A DNA stretch of 64,000 nucleotides from an uncultured Myxococcales bacterium (GCA_964555245.1 CAZKRI010000024.1:12305-76304), one strand, 5' to 3'; shown: positions 40,903 through 51,098, numbered from the stretch's first letter. The notes: generated by a model not told the origin, from the letters alone. Numbers and translations: made by a program.

Positions 40903-42045
40903 ATGAGCGTCGAGATCGAAATCGAGGGTGGCGGTCTGGCCACCGAGGAAATGACGCTCAATATGGGCCCGCAGCACCCGAGCACGCACGGGGTGTTGCG
41001 ATTCATCGTCAAAGCCGACGGCGAGGTGATGCGCTGTGCGATCCCGGACATTGGGTATCTGCACCGCTCGATCGAGAAGATCGCCGAGAAGGTCGGCTGG
41101 CACGGATTCATGCCGTATACCGATCGAGTCGACTACGTGGCCGCCATGACCGCCAACCAAGGCTGGGCAATGGCGGCAGAGGCGCTCGGAGAGATCGAGG
41201 TGCCCAAACGCGGAGAGTACTGCCGCGTGGTCGCAGCGGAGCTGAGCCGCATCTGCAGTCATCTGCTCGCCATCGGCGCGATGGGCATGGACATGGGGGC
41301 GGTCACCCCGTTCACGCACGCTCTGCGCGAGCGGGAGATGATCATGGATCTGATCGAGGAGTTGTGCGGCGCGCGCCTCACCTACAACTACATGAGGATC
41401 GGAGGCGTCGCATGGGATTTGCCCCCGAGCTACGCCGAAAAGGTCACGGCCTATCTCGACCACCTCGAGCCGGTCACCCACGAACTCAACGATCTGCTTT
41501 CCTACAACAAGATCTTCGTCGAACGGCTGGCGCACGTGGCCGTGGTCAGCGCGGAGCAGGCGCAAGCCTATAACTTGGTTGGCCCCAACCTGCGCGCGAG
41601 CGGCGTGACGTACGACCTGCGCAAGAATCGCGTCTACAGCGTATACGGCGACTTCGACTTCGACGTGCCTGTGGGCAAGGGCGAGCAAGGCCAAGTCGGT
41701 GACTGTTGGGACCGCTACATCGTTCGCATGTGGGAATGCCTGGAGTCGATCAAGATCCTGCGCCAGGCCCTCACTCAGATACCGGACGGTCCGGTGATCG
41801 CGAAGGTTCCGCGCAACTTCAAACCCAAAGCGGGCGACGTGCACGTCCGCGTGGAGGGTGCGCGCGGCGACATGAACTGGTACGTGGTCAGCGACGGAAG
41901 CGAGTACCCGTACCGGGTGCACATCCACACCGGGTCCTTCGCCGCCATGTCGATCATCGAGGAGATCAGCCACGGCATGATGATCGCTGATCTGGTGGCG
42001 ATCATCGCGAGTCTGGACATCGTGGCGCCCGAGGTGGATCGCTAG
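40903..42045 (+). CDS. nuoD: NADH-quinone oxidoreductase subunit D (cluster 2)
   Basis: [11 protein letters not shown]...[25 protein letters not shown]...[12 protein letters not shown] at 40903. The track ORF starts at 40846. Confidence 0.9.
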   Translation: MSVEIEIEGGGLATEEMTLNMGPQHPSTHGVLRFIVKADGEVMRCAIPDIGYLHRSIEKIAEKVGWHGFMPYTDRVDYVAAMTANQGWAMAAEALGEIEVPKRGEYCRVVAAELSRICSHLLAIGAMGMDMGAVTPFTHALREREMIMDLIEELCGARLTYNYMRIGGVAWDLPPSYAEKVTAYLDHLEPVTHELNDLLSYNKIFVERLAHVAVVSAEQAQAYNLVGPNLRASGVTYDLRKNRVYSVYGDFDFDVPVGKGEQGQVGDCWDRYIVRMWECLESIKILRQALTQIPDGPVIAKVPRNFKPKAGDVHVRVEGARGDMNWYVVSDGSEYPYRVHIHTGSFAAMSIIEEISHGMMIADLVAIIASLDIVAPEVDR

Positions 42046-42052
42046 GGAATCC

Positions 42053-43231
42053 GTGCAAGCGTTTCTCGATAGCTTGATCGGACCTGCGGAAGGTATCTGG
42101 CGCGAGCTCGCCTACCTCGCCGGCATGGTGGCGTTCGGTGCCATCGTCGTGTTTGGGTTCATCCTGCCGATTGCTGGCGTGACCAGTTGGCTCGAGCGGC
42201 GGGTATGGGCGCGCATGCAGTCGCGCGTCGGCCCTAATCGCGTTGGCCCTCAGGGCTTCCTGCAATGGCTGGCCGACGGCATCAAGAGCCTTCTCAAAGA
42301 GGACGTGGTTCCCGAGGCGGTCGATCCCCGTCTGTTTCGCCTCGCGCCCTACGTCGTCGTCACCGGTTTCGTGGCGGCTTTCGTTGCCGTGCCTTTCGCC
42401 GGAAGCCTGATCATCGCGGACCTCAACATCGGCATCCTCTACATCACCGCGGTGACCTCCTTGGTCGTCGTAGGGATCCTGATGGCCGGCTGGTCCTCGA
42501 ACAACAAGTGGTCGATGCTCGGCGGCATCCGTTCCGCCACTCAGATCGTAAGCTACGAAATTCCCGCAGCGTTGGCTGTCTTCCCCGCGGTGTTGCTTTC
42601 GGGGACGCTATCAACGCAGGGCATCATCGCGAGCCAGGGCTGGGCCCCCCACACTTGGCATCTGTTTCACAGTCCCTTCAGCCTGGCGGCGTTTCTGCTG
42701 TTCTTCATTGCCGCGCTCGCCGAGGGCAACCGGACCCCTTTCGATCTAGCGGAAGCCGAATCCGAGCTGGTCGCGGGTTTTGCCACCGAGTATAGCGGCA
42801 TGCGCTCGCTACTGTTCTTCCTGGCCGAGTGGGGAAATCTGTACCTCATCGGAGCGCTGGTCACGACGCTCTATCTGGGCGGCTGGCAGGTGCCGGCGTT
42901 TACCGACCACGCCTTTCCGCTGGCGGCCGCGCAGTTCGGCGCCTTTTTCCTCAAGGCCTACTTCTTCGTGTTCGTCGCGATGTGGGTGCGTGCGACGCTA
43001 CCGCGAGTGCGCGTCGACCAGCTCATGTCGCTGTGTTGGAAGTACATGGTCCCAGGCGGTCTCATTGCGGTCCTGGGCACCGCTACGCTGATGGTGGTCT
43101 TCCCACAAGGCAACGCGGCGCTCAGGTACACGATGGTGGGACTGGTTTCACTGACGATCTTACGATTCGTTAGCCGAGTGCGGTTCCACCTTCGTCGTTC
43201 CAAGCGCTTCCGGTACAGCCCCGCGGTGTGA
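42053..43231 (+). CDS. nuoH: NADH-quinone oxidoreductase subunit H (cluster 2)
   Basis: 392 aa. ERRVWARMQSRVGPNRVGP and SNNKWSMLGGIRS match the NuoH signatures. It follows nuoD directly, so there is no nuoEFG. Confidence 0.9.
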   Translation: MQAFLDSLIGPAEGIWRELAYLAGMVAFGAIVVFGFILPIAGVTSWLERRVWARMQSRVGPNRVGPQGFLQWLADGIKSLLKEDVVPEAVDPRLFRLAPYVVVTGFVAAFVAVPFAGSLIIADLNIGILYITAVTSLVVVGILMAGWSSNNKWSMLGGIRSATQIVSYEIPAALAVFPAVLLSGTLSTQGIIASQGWAPHTWHLFHSPFSLAAFLLFFIAALAEGNRTPFDLAEAESELVAGFATEYSGMRSLLFFLAEWGNLYLIGALVTTLYLGGWQVPAFTDHAFPLAAAQFGAFFLKAYFFVFVAMWVRATLPRVRVDQLMSLCWKYMVPGGLIAVLGTATLMVVFPQGNAALRYTMVGLVSLTILRFVSRVRFHLRRSKRFRYSPAV

Positions 43232-43274
43232 TGCTCGGATCGGGATCGGAATTGAGGATGGAACGGTCCAGCGC

Positions 43275-43832
43275 ATGACGACATACCTCCGCAACATCTA
43301 CGGCGCTCTGGCGACCGCATTCGAAGGCATGTCGGTCACGTTCTCTCACCTTTTTCGCAAACCTTACACGGTCCAGTACCCCGACCGGATGCCGTTCCCC
43401 ATCCAAGACACGCTTCCCTACCGCTACCGCGGGATGCTCGAGGTGGATCTGGAGATCTGCACGGGCTGCCTAGCGTGTGAGCGGGCCTGTCCCATCGATT
43501 GCATCGTCATCAAGGCGACCAAGGATCCCAAGACCAAGGCGATGATTCTCAGTCGCTTCGACATCGACATGGCGAAGTGCATGTACTGCGGCCTCTGCTC
43601 GGAACCGTGCCCAACCGGTTCGATCCATCACACGCGAGAATTCGAGGGCTCGGATTATTCGCTGGAAAGCATGATACGGCGGTTTGTAAAAGTCCCGGTC
43701 GCCGCTTACAAGCCGAAAAAATCGGGTGAGGACGATCCCGCGATCCTGCCCATTCTCGAGCGCGGGATGCGTTACATCGAAGAGTTCGCCGCTCCTGAAG
43801 GGAAGTCGTCCGAACCAGGAGACGTGATCTGA
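43275..43832 (+). CDS. nuoI: NADH-quinone oxidoreductase subunit I (cluster 2)
   Basis: 185 aa. Two 4Fe-4S ferredoxin motifs CTGCLACERACP and CMYCGLCSEPCP. Confidence 0.9.
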   Translation: MTTYLRNIYGALATAFEGMSVTFSHLFRKPYTVQYPDRMPFPIQDTLPYRYRGMLEVDLEICTGCLACERACPIDCIVIKATKDPKTKAMILSRFDIDMAKCMYCGLCSEPCPTGSIHHTREFEGSDYSLESMIRRFVKVPVAAYKPKKSGEDDPAILPILERGMRYIEEFAAPEGKSSEPGDVI

Positions 43833-43835
43833 GTC

Positions 43836-44360
43836 ATGGGGGATGAGGTCTCGCTGTCGGTCGCGGCGTTTTATCTGCTCGCGGCTCTGTCGGTGGTCGG
43901 CGCGGGCGGCGTCGCGTTCTCGCGAAACATCGTCTATTCGGCGCTCTCCTTGATGGTGTCCTTCTTCGGCGTCGCAGGTCTCTATGTCGTGCTCGGTGCG
44001 GACTTCGTCGCCGGCGTACAGGTGCTGATCTACGTTGGCGGGGTTCTCGTGCTCACCTTGTTCGCCGTCATGCTGACCGCGCAGATTCAGGACATCGAGG
44101 TGTCCAATCGCGCCGTCGGGACCTGGGGCGCCGTGGCGATCGTTGCGGCGATCTTCACCGTTACGTGCCGGGCCTTCGCCGGCGCCTCGTGGCGGTCCGA
44201 GGAACTGACTGTCACGGCCTCATCGACGTACGCGGTAGGCGACGCCTTGTTGAACGAGTACGTCCTTCCCTTCGAGGTCGCCTCCATGGTCTTGCTTACG
44301 GTGCTCGTGGGAGCGGTGGTCCTTGCGCGCAAGGAAGTGGTCGAGCCGGACCGCGACTAG
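43836..44360 (+). CDS. nuoJ: NADH-quinone oxidoreductase subunit J (cluster 2)
   Basis: 174-aa NuoJ-like TM protein. Confidence 0.85.
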   Translation: MGDEVSLSVAAFYLLAALSVVGAGGVAFSRNIVYSALSLMVSFFGVAGLYVVLGADFVAGVQVLIYVGGVLVLTLFAVMLTAQIQDIEVSNRAVGTWGAVAIVAAIFTVTCRAFAGASWRSEELTVTASSTYAVGDALLNEYVLPFEVASMVLLTVLVGAVVLARKEVVEPDRD

Positions 44361-44367
44361 CAAATTC

Positions 44368-44682
44368 ATGTTCGAGAGCGTCGGGCTTCAGCATTTCTTG
44401 GTCGTCGGGTTGGCGCTGTTCTGCCTGGGCCTGTACTGCGTCCTCACCCGGCGGAACGCGATCGGTGTGCTCATGGGGGTGGAGCTGATTCTCAATGCGG
44501 CCAACGTCAATTCGATCGCGTTCTCACGCTTCTCTTCCGCGAGCTACGACGGTCACGTTTTCGCGATTTTCGTGATCATGCTTGCGGCAGCGGAAGCCGC
44601 GATAGGACTGGCGATCGTTCTGGGCATTTACCGACGGTTCCATTCGATCGATGTGTCCGACATGAAGCAGCTTCACGGCTGA
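44368..44682 (+). CDS. nuoK: NADH-quinone oxidoreductase subunit K (cluster 2)
   Basis: MFESVGLQHFLVVGLALFCLGLYCVLTRRNAIGVLMGVELILNAANV is the NuoK signature. ATG at 44368. The track ORF 44323.. is an over-extension. Confidence 0.9.
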   Translation: MFESVGLQHFLVVGLALFCLGLYCVLTRRNAIGVLMGVELILNAANVNSIAFSRFSSASYDGHVFAIFVIMLAAAEAAIGLAIVLGIYRRFHSIDVSDMKQLHG

Positions 44683-44695
44683 TCGCGAGCGGCCG

Positions 44696-46759
44696 ATGCA
44701 CGAGGCGCACTCCGTAGCTCACGAGGTCAGCTCAGCGCTCCGCTGGATCCCGCTCCTCCCCTTGCTGGGGGCGGCCGTCAATCTTCTCGTCGGCCCACGG
44801 ATTCAGCGCCGATGGGGCCGTGGTGCGGTGGCGGCGCTGGCCAGTGTCCTCCCGGGCCTCAGTTTTCTCGTGGTGGTGGCCGGGTTCATTCGCCTTGCGG
44901 CGTTGCCGGCCGAAACCCGCTTGATCATCGACCGCGTGTTTCCGTGGATCAACATCGGGAGCCTGCGCGTCGACGTCGCGTTTCAGCTCGACCCTCTGTC
45001 CGCCGTGATGTGTCTGGTGGTGACGGGGATAGGCACGCTGATCCACGTCTACTCCCATGGGTACATGGACGAGGAACCGTCGAGCTGGCGGTTCTTCGGA
45101 CTGCTCAACCTGTTCATGTTCTCGATGCTCACGCTGGTGCTCGGCGACAACGTGTTGCTCATGTTCGTCGGCTGGGAAGGCGTCGGTCTGTGTTCGTGGG
45201 CGCTGATCGGCTTCTGGTACAAGGACCACGCCAACGTCTCGGCAGGCAACAAGGCCTTCATCGTCAATCGAATCGGCGACTTCGGGTTCATTTTGGGCGC
45301 TGCGCTCTTGTTCTGGACGCTCGAGTCCTCGGGCCACGGGACGATGGTATTCCGCGACCTCGCCACACACGCGCACCATCTGGAAGGACACACGCTTTGG
45401 GGCGTGTCCGTCGCTACGTTGGTGACCCTGTTCCTGTTCGTGGGCGCGACGGGAAAGTCCGCGCAGATTCCGCTCTACGTCTGGCTGCCCGACGCGATGG
45501 CCGGGCCGACGCCGGTCTCGGCGCTCATCCATGCCGCTACCATGGTTACCGCTGGGGTCTACATGATCGGCAGGTTGAACTTCCTGTTCGAGCTGGCGCC
45601 GGTGACGGGAAACGTCGTAGCGACCGTGGGTGCGGCCACCGCACTCGTCGCTGCCTCGATCGGGCTCGCCCAGAACGACATCAAGAAAGTCCTCGCCTAC
45701 TCCACGGTGAGTCAGCTCGGATACATGTTCATCGGCATGGGGGTGGGCGCGTACGCGGCCGGCATCTTTCACCTGATGACCCACGCCTTCTTCAAAGCCT
45801 GTCTTTTCCTAGGCTCCGGGAGCGTGATCCACGCGATGCACCACGAGCAGGACATGCGCAACATGGGTGGCCTGCGCCGCTTCATGCCGCGAACCTACGC
45901 CACGTTCCTCATAGCGACGGTCGCGATCGCAGGCATCCCGCCGCTTGCCGGGTTCTTCTCCAAAGACGAGATTCTGTGGAAAGCCTACCAACATGATCCG
46001 ACGCTCTGGCTGGTCGGCTTTGCCGCCGCTGGGATGACAGCGTTCTACATGTTCCGGTTGGTGTTCATGACGTTCTTCGGTGAATGCCGCGCCGATCACC
46101 ACACGATCGAGCACCTGCACGAGTCGTCCGGGTGGATGACCTGGCCGCTCGTGGTTCTTGCGGTCGGCTCCGTGGTCGCCGGATTTCTCGGGGTTCCCGC
46201 GGCGCTCGGAGGCTCGAACCTGTTCGAGCACTGGCTCGAGCCGGTCTTCGCCCATGGTGCGCATCCGGCGGCTCATAGCGCGCACGGCCATGAGGACGTC
46301 GCCTTGGAGTACAGTCTGATGGGCGCTTCCGTGGGCATCGCGGCTTTCGGAATCGCCTTGGCCTACCTCATGTACGGGCGGCGCTCCGTCATCCCGAGCG
46401 CGTTCGCGGCGGTCGCCGGCGGCGTCCCTTACAAGCTGATCTACAACAAGTACTTCATCGACGAGATCTACTACGGCACGTTCCTGCGGGGCACGCTCGG
46501 CTTGTCGCGGGCGTTGGCCTGGTTCGACCGCACGGTTGTGGACGGCGCCGTCAACGGATCGGCTGCCCTCACGCGGCTGATCTCATGGATCAACGGGCGC
46601 ATCGACCTCCACGTTGTCGACGGGCTGGTCAACCTGACGGCTGGCATCATCCACGGGATCGGTGGCGCCGTGCGCCGCATCCAGACCGGCAGCATCAACG
46701 CCTACCTCTACGTGGTCGTGATCGCAGTTACGGCCGTGCTGTTCGCGCGCACCTGGTGA
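44696..46759 (+). CDS. nuoL: NADH-quinone oxidoreductase subunit L (cluster 2)
   Basis: 687 aa. [16 protein letters not shown]. Paralogous to the cluster-1 nuoL. Confidence 0.9.
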   Translation: MHEAHSVAHEVSSALRWIPLLPLLGAAVNLLVGPRIQRRWGRGAVAALASVLPGLSFLVVVAGFIRLAALPAETRLIIDRVFPWINIGSLRVDVAFQLDPLSAVMCLVVTGIGTLIHVYSHGYMDEEPSSWRFFGLLNLFMFSMLTLVLGDNVLLMFVGWEGVGLCSWALIGFWYKDHANVSAGNKAFIVNRIGDFGFILGAALLFWTLESSGHGTMVFRDLATHAHHLEGHTLWGVSVATLVTLFLFVGATGKSAQIPLYVWLPDAMAGPTPVSALIHAATMVTAGVYMIGRLNFLFELAPVTGNVVATVGAATALVAASIGLAQNDIKKVLAYSTVSQLGYMFIGMGVGAYAAGIFHLMTHAFFKACLFLGSGSVIHAMHHEQDMRNMGGLRRFMPRTYATFLIATVAIAGIPPLAGFFSKDEILWKAYQHDPTLWLVGFAAAGMTAFYMFRLVFMTFFGECRADHHTIEHLHESSGWMTWPLVVLAVGSVVAGFLGVPAALGGSNLFEHWLEPVFAHGAHPAAHSAHGHEDVALEYSLMGASVGIAAFGIALAYLMYGRRSVIPSAFAAVAGGVPYKLIYNKYFIDEIYYGTFLRGTLGLSRALAWFDRTVVDGAVNGSAALTRLISWINGRIDLHVVDGLVNLTAGIIHGIGGAVRRIQTGSINAYLYVVVIAVTAVLFARTW

Positions 46760-46775
46760 CGCAGAGGAAAGAAGA

Positions 46776-48281
46776 ATGGACCATCTGTTGACCTCTATGA
46801 CCTTCGTCCCGCTGGCGGGCATGCTGGTGATCCTGGCCCTGCCCCGAGGCGCGCACGAGCTGATCCGGCGAGTCGCATTCGTGTTCACGCTGCCGCCGCT
46901 GGTGATGGCTATTTGGTTGTACGCCAACTTTGACCGTACGACGGCCGGCATGCAGCTCATGGAACGGCACATGTGGATCTCGTCGTTCAACATCCAGTAC
47001 ATCATGGGCGTGGACGGCCTTTCGGTGACCATGATTCTGCTCACGGCGCTGCTCTGCCCGCTGTGCCTGCTCGCGTCCTGGAATATCGAGAAGGGTGTCA
47101 AGGGCTATTTCATGCTCTTCCTGCTTCTCGACACCGGCATGATGGGGGTGTTCTGCGCTCTGGATTTCTTCCTCTTCTACATCTTCTGGGAAGTGATGCT
47201 CCTCCCCATGTACTTCCTGATCGGAATCTGGGGTGGCCCCAGGCGCGAGTACGCCGCGATCAAGTTCTTTCTCTATACGCTGCTGGGTTCGGTGCTGATG
47301 CTGATCGCGATGCTCGGACTGTACTTCGCCAACGATCCGCACACCTTCGACATGCTCGTGCTGATGGAACAGTCCGGCACCTACACGCGCACTTTCCAGA
47401 CCTGGGCGTGGATCGCATTGTTCATCGGTTTCGCCATCAAGATCCCGGCGTTTCCGTTCCACACCTGGCTGCCGGACGCTCACGTGGAGGCGCCTACGGC
47501 GATCTCGGTGATCCTGGCGGGGGTTCTCCTCAAGATGGGCACCTACGGCATCCTTCGCGTCTGCTATCCGATGCTTCCGGTCGCGACGCAGGATCTCGCC
47601 TTCTGGGCGCTGGGCGCGCTGGGCACCTGGAACATCGTGTACGGGGCACTGTGCGCCATGGCCCAGCAGGACATGAAGAAACTGGTCGCCTATTCGAGCA
47701 TCTCGCACATGGGCTACGTCATGCTGGGCATGGCAACCTTGACCGACCTGGGCATCAACGGCGCCGTTCTGCAGATGTTCAATCACGGTACCATCACTGC
47801 GATGCTGTTCTTGCTCGTCGGCGTGCTCTACGACCGTGCGCACCACCGCGATCTGGACGGGTTCGGCGGCCTGGCCAGCGTCATGCCGACTTACACCGGC
47901 ATCATGACGATCGCCTTCTTCGCCGCGTTGGGGCTGCCCGGTCTCTCGGCGTTCATCTCCGAGGTGCTCGTGCTGTTGGGGGCGTGGCAGTACGACCAGC
48001 GGCTGGCGATCCTGGCCGCCAGCGCCGTCGTCCTTACCGCGGGCTACATGCTGTGGATGCTTCAGCGTGTCTGGCTGGGCCCCGTCAATGAGAAGTATGC
48101 GACCATGCCCGACTGCACGGCTCGCGAGTTGGTCACTCTCGTCCCGCTGGCGGTGATCGTGGTCGTGCTCGGGGTCTATCCCCACGCGGTGCTCGACCTG
48201 ATCAATCCGACGCTGGTCGCCCTGAACCGGACCGTGATGAGCGCCCACGCAGTCGCCGCGGCCACGCCCTTGCTTCCGTAG
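46776..48281 (+). CDS. nuoM: NADH-quinone oxidoreductase subunit M (cluster 2)
   Basis: 501 aa. FWEVMLLPMYFLIGIWGG. Confidence 0.9.
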   Translation: MDHLLTSMTFVPLAGMLVILALPRGAHELIRRVAFVFTLPPLVMAIWLYANFDRTTAGMQLMERHMWISSFNIQYIMGVDGLSVTMILLTALLCPLCLLASWNIEKGVKGYFMLFLLLDTGMMGVFCALDFFLFYIFWEVMLLPMYFLIGIWGGPRREYAAIKFFLYTLLGSVLMLIAMLGLYFANDPHTFDMLVLMEQSGTYTRTFQTWAWIALFIGFAIKIPAFPFHTWLPDAHVEAPTAISVILAGVLLKMGTYGILRVCYPMLPVATQDLAFWALGALGTWNIVYGALCAMAQQDMKKLVAYSSISHMGYVMLGMATLTDLGINGAVLQMFNHGTITAMLFLLVGVLYDRAHHRDLDGFGGLASVMPTYTGIMTIAFFAALGLPGLSAFISEVLVLLGAWQYDQRLAILAASAVVLTAGYMLWMLQRVWLGPVNEKYATMPDCTARELVTLVPLAVIVVVLGVYPHAVLDLINPTLVALNRTVMSAHAVAAATPLLP

Positions 48282-48289
48282 AGGGACGT

Positions 48290-49771
48290 GTGGTCGATCT
48301 CGGAGCCATCGAGAGCCTCGCCCACGCGCTGCCGGAGCTGATCCTGGCCGGCGCGGTGTTGCTCGTCCTGATGCTCGAGCTCGTCGTGCGCCGCAAGGAG
48401 CGGTTGGGCGACGTCGCATTGCTCGCGGTGGCGGCGGCCTGTCTGACCGGAGCCATGCAGGCCGGCGGACCCCAAGGATGGCTCTTCAACCGGATGGTTG
48501 CTCTCGATTCCTTCGCGATCTTTTTCAAGATCGTCTTGGGTTTGGCCGGCTTCGGCGCGGTCTGGCTGTCGCTCGGTTCGCGAGAGCTCGAGAACCAGCA
48601 CCCGGGCGAGTACTACACCGTGCTGCTCGCCAGTACCCTTGGCATGTTCTACATGGCTTCGGCCAGCAACCTGCTCATGGCCTATCTGGCGCTGGAGTTC
48701 GTCAGTCAGACCTCCTACATCCTGTCGGGTTTCCTCAAGGCCAACCGCCGGTCGAGCGAAGCGGCGCTCAAGTACCTGATCTACGGAAGCGTGGCCTCCG
48801 GCGCGATGGTCTACGGGATGAGCCTCATCTTCGGTCTGACCGGTTCGCTCGACTACGCTGAAATCGGGACGCGACTGGGAGCGGTCGAAGGCAGTGCCCC
48901 GGTCATGTTCATCGCGACGGTCCTGGTTCTGGCGGGGTTCGGGTACAAGATCTCGATGGTGCCCTTTCACATGTGGGCGCCCGACGTCTATGAGGGCGCA
49001 CCGCTGCCCGTGACCGCGTTTCTCGCCGTCGGCTCTAAAGCGGCGGGGATCGCGATGCTGGTGCGTTTTTTCTACCCGGGCATCTCCGCTTTCGCGGGCG
49101 GCGGTAGCTGGACTCCGCTTCCGAGCGTGGACTGGCCGGGCCTGATGGCCATGGTCGCGATGGTGACGATGACGCTGGGCAACCTGGCTGCCCTGCGTCA
49201 GGACAACGTGAAGCGCTTGCTGGCGTACTCCTCGATCGCGCACGCCGGGTACATGTTGATGGGATTCGTCGCGCTCACTAACGACGGACTGCAGGCGATG
49301 CTCTTCTACGTGGTCGTCTACTATCTCATGAACCTAGGCGCCTTCGCGGTGTTGCTGACCGTACTCAACCGGGCGGGACGCGAAGACCTCGAAAGCCTGC
49401 GCGGCTTGGCCTGGCGTGGCGGAGCTGTGCCGGCCGCGGCCATGGCGGTGTTCGTTTTCTCGTTGGCAGGAATCCCGCCCTTCGCCGGGTTCATTGGGAA
49501 GTTCTACTTGTTCGCTGCCGTCATCGACCAACGCATGTGGACCCTGGCTGTGGTGGCGGGATTGAACAGCGTGGTCGCGCTTTACTATTACGCGCGCATC
49601 GTCCGCACGATGTACCTGGACTTGCCGGTCGACGGTGATCCGGCCGTTTCCATGGACCTCCACAACGCGATTCTCATCGGCGTGCTCGCTGTCTGCACGC
49701 TTGTCTTCGGCGTCTACTGGTCTCCCGTCGTGTCATTGGCGGCTCGTTCCATCCTGTTCACTGGCGTCTAG
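48290..49771 (+). CDS. nuoN: NADH-quinone oxidoreductase subunit N (cluster 2)
   Basis: 493 aa. LEFVSQTSYILSGF, KYLIYGSVASG. Confidence 0.9.
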   Translation: MVDLGAIESLAHALPELILAGAVLLVLMLELVVRRKERLGDVALLAVAAACLTGAMQAGGPQGWLFNRMVALDSFAIFFKIVLGLAGFGAVWLSLGSRELENQHPGEYYTVLLASTLGMFYMASASNLLMAYLALEFVSQTSYILSGFLKANRRSSEAALKYLIYGSVASGAMVYGMSLIFGLTGSLDYAEIGTRLGAVEGSAPVMFIATVLVLAGFGYKISMVPFHMWAPDVYEGAPLPVTAFLAVGSKAAGIAMLVRFFYPGISAFAGGGSWTPLPSVDWPGLMAMVAMVTMTLGNLAALRQDNVKRLLAYSSIAHAGYMLMGFVALTNDGLQAMLFYVVVYYLMNLGAFAVLLTVLNRAGREDLESLRGLAWRGGAVPAAAMAVFVFSLAGIPPFAGFIGKFYLFAAVIDQRMWTLAVVAGLNSVVALYYYARIVRTMYLDLPVDGDPAVSMDLHNAILIGVLAVCTLVFGVYWSPVVSLAARSILFTGV

Positions 49772-49932
49772 TGTCCCGTCCCAGAAATCAGGCACATAAT
49801 ACTGCGGGTCTCGACGCCGCTGGCTGCGTTGCTCCTCCTCCGAATATTCCCGATATTCGTTGTCGTCGCGCCTTGCCAGCGACGCCGATCCCTCGCAGCC
49901 TTATGCAACTGACTTCTGGGACGGGACACTAG
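49768..49932. repeat. perfect 19-bp inverted repeat (CTAGTGTCCCGTCCCAGAA / TTCTGGGACGGGACACTAG) flanking a 127-bp AT-richer core
   Basis: The left arm is at 49768-49786 and overlaps the nuoN stop TAG. The right arm is at 49914-49932. The core contains the short palindrome GAATATTC next to GATATTCG. It sits between convergent nuoN (+) and the alcohol dehydrogenase gene (-). Confidence 0.6.
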
Positions 49933-50009
49933 CCTCGAGCGTCTCGTCGGGTCCGGATCGGTCGGTCCCGCGGTGCGCGGGGCCACCAGTGGGCGTGGGA
50001 TCAGTCGGA

Positions 50010-51098
50010 TCAGAGGGTGATGGCGATCTTGACGACCCCGTCCTCTCGGTGGCGAAAAAGGTCGTAGGCGGCCTCCAGTTGAGTGAGCGGCCGATCGTGG
50101 GTGAACAGCGGCAGCGGATCGATCCGACCGCTTTGGATCAGGCCCAGAAGATAGTCCAGGCGCGCGCTGCCCGCCGGACAGAACGTCGTCACGATCCTGC
50201 GGTGCACGAAGCTGCCATCGGTTGGTAGTGACAGAGCTCCGATCCCGGCGTACACGCCGACTGACGAAACCGTTCCTCCCAGACGCGTCACGCGGCAGCA
50301 ATTTTCGAACGTGATCTGCGTACCGAGCGCCTCGACGGCCACGTCGACCCCGGCTCCGCGCGTGATCTCGAGAATGGATGAAACCGCATCGTCCGGATCG
50401 ATCACGTGCGTGGCCCCGAAGCGCCGCGCGAGCGCCACACGTGCCGGAAGGCTCTCGACCGCGATGATGAGACCTGCGCCGTAGAATCCGGCCCCGAGGG
50501 TCGCGCACAGACCGACCGGGCCTTGCGCGAAGATTGCGACCGACTGGCCACGGACCAGCCCGGCGCGCTCGATCGCTCCAAACCCGGTCGAGAGGACGTC
50601 GGCAACCGCGAGCGCGCTGCGATCGGGGAGGCCGGCCGGGATGCGCGCCAGCGTGTGATCGGCGCCGCTGACCAGGAACGCTTCTGCCTGCGCCCCGAAT
50701 AGAAGGTTCATGGGAGCGCCGAGGCTCGAGCAGATGCTCTGCTCGCCGGTGGTGCATCGTTCGCACATCCCGCAGCTCATCAAGGAGCACGCGACCACGC
50801 GCTCTCCTCTACGAAACCGTTCGACGCCCTCCCCCACCGCCTCGATGACGCCCACTCCCTCGTGACCCATGGGCATGCCGGACGGCACCTCGGGAATGTC
50901 GTCGATGATATGAATGTCCGAGCCGCAGATCGTGCTCAGGGAGGTGCGCACCAGGGCCTGGCCCGGACCTGGATCGGGCAGGTCGATCCAGGTGAGAGCG
51001 ACCTTGCCCGTGCCCTGCTTGACGCCCGCGCTGACCCGTGGCACGGGCGGGATTCTGGCCGCCGCCGCCCGGCCGTGCAAAGGAGCGGCTGCACGCAC
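50010..51098 (-). CDS. zinc-dependent alcohol dehydrogenase family protein (MDR superfamily)
   Basis: 362 aa. ICGSDIHI, GHEGVGVIEAVG and the structural-zinc Cys cluster CSLMSCGMCERC. The N-terminal 25 aa of the ORF may be an over-extension. Confidence 0.8.
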   Translation of the reverse strand: MRAAAPLHGRAAAARIPPVPRVSAGVKQGTGKVALTWIDLPDPGPGQALVRTSLSTICGSDIHIIDDIPEVPSGMPMGHEGVGVIEAVGEGVERFRRGERVVACSLMSCGMCERCTTGEQSICSSLGAPMNLLFGAQAEAFLVSGADHTLARIPAGLPDRSALAVADVLSTGFGAIERAGLVRGQSVAIFAQGPVGLCATLGAGFYGAGLIIAVESLPARVALARRFGATHVIDPDDAVSSILEITRGAGVDVAVEALGTQITFENCCRVTRLGGTVSSVGVYAGIGALSLPTDGSFVHRRIVTTFCPAGSARLDYLLGLIQSGRIDPLPLFTHDRPLTQLEAAYDLFRHREDGVVKIAITL

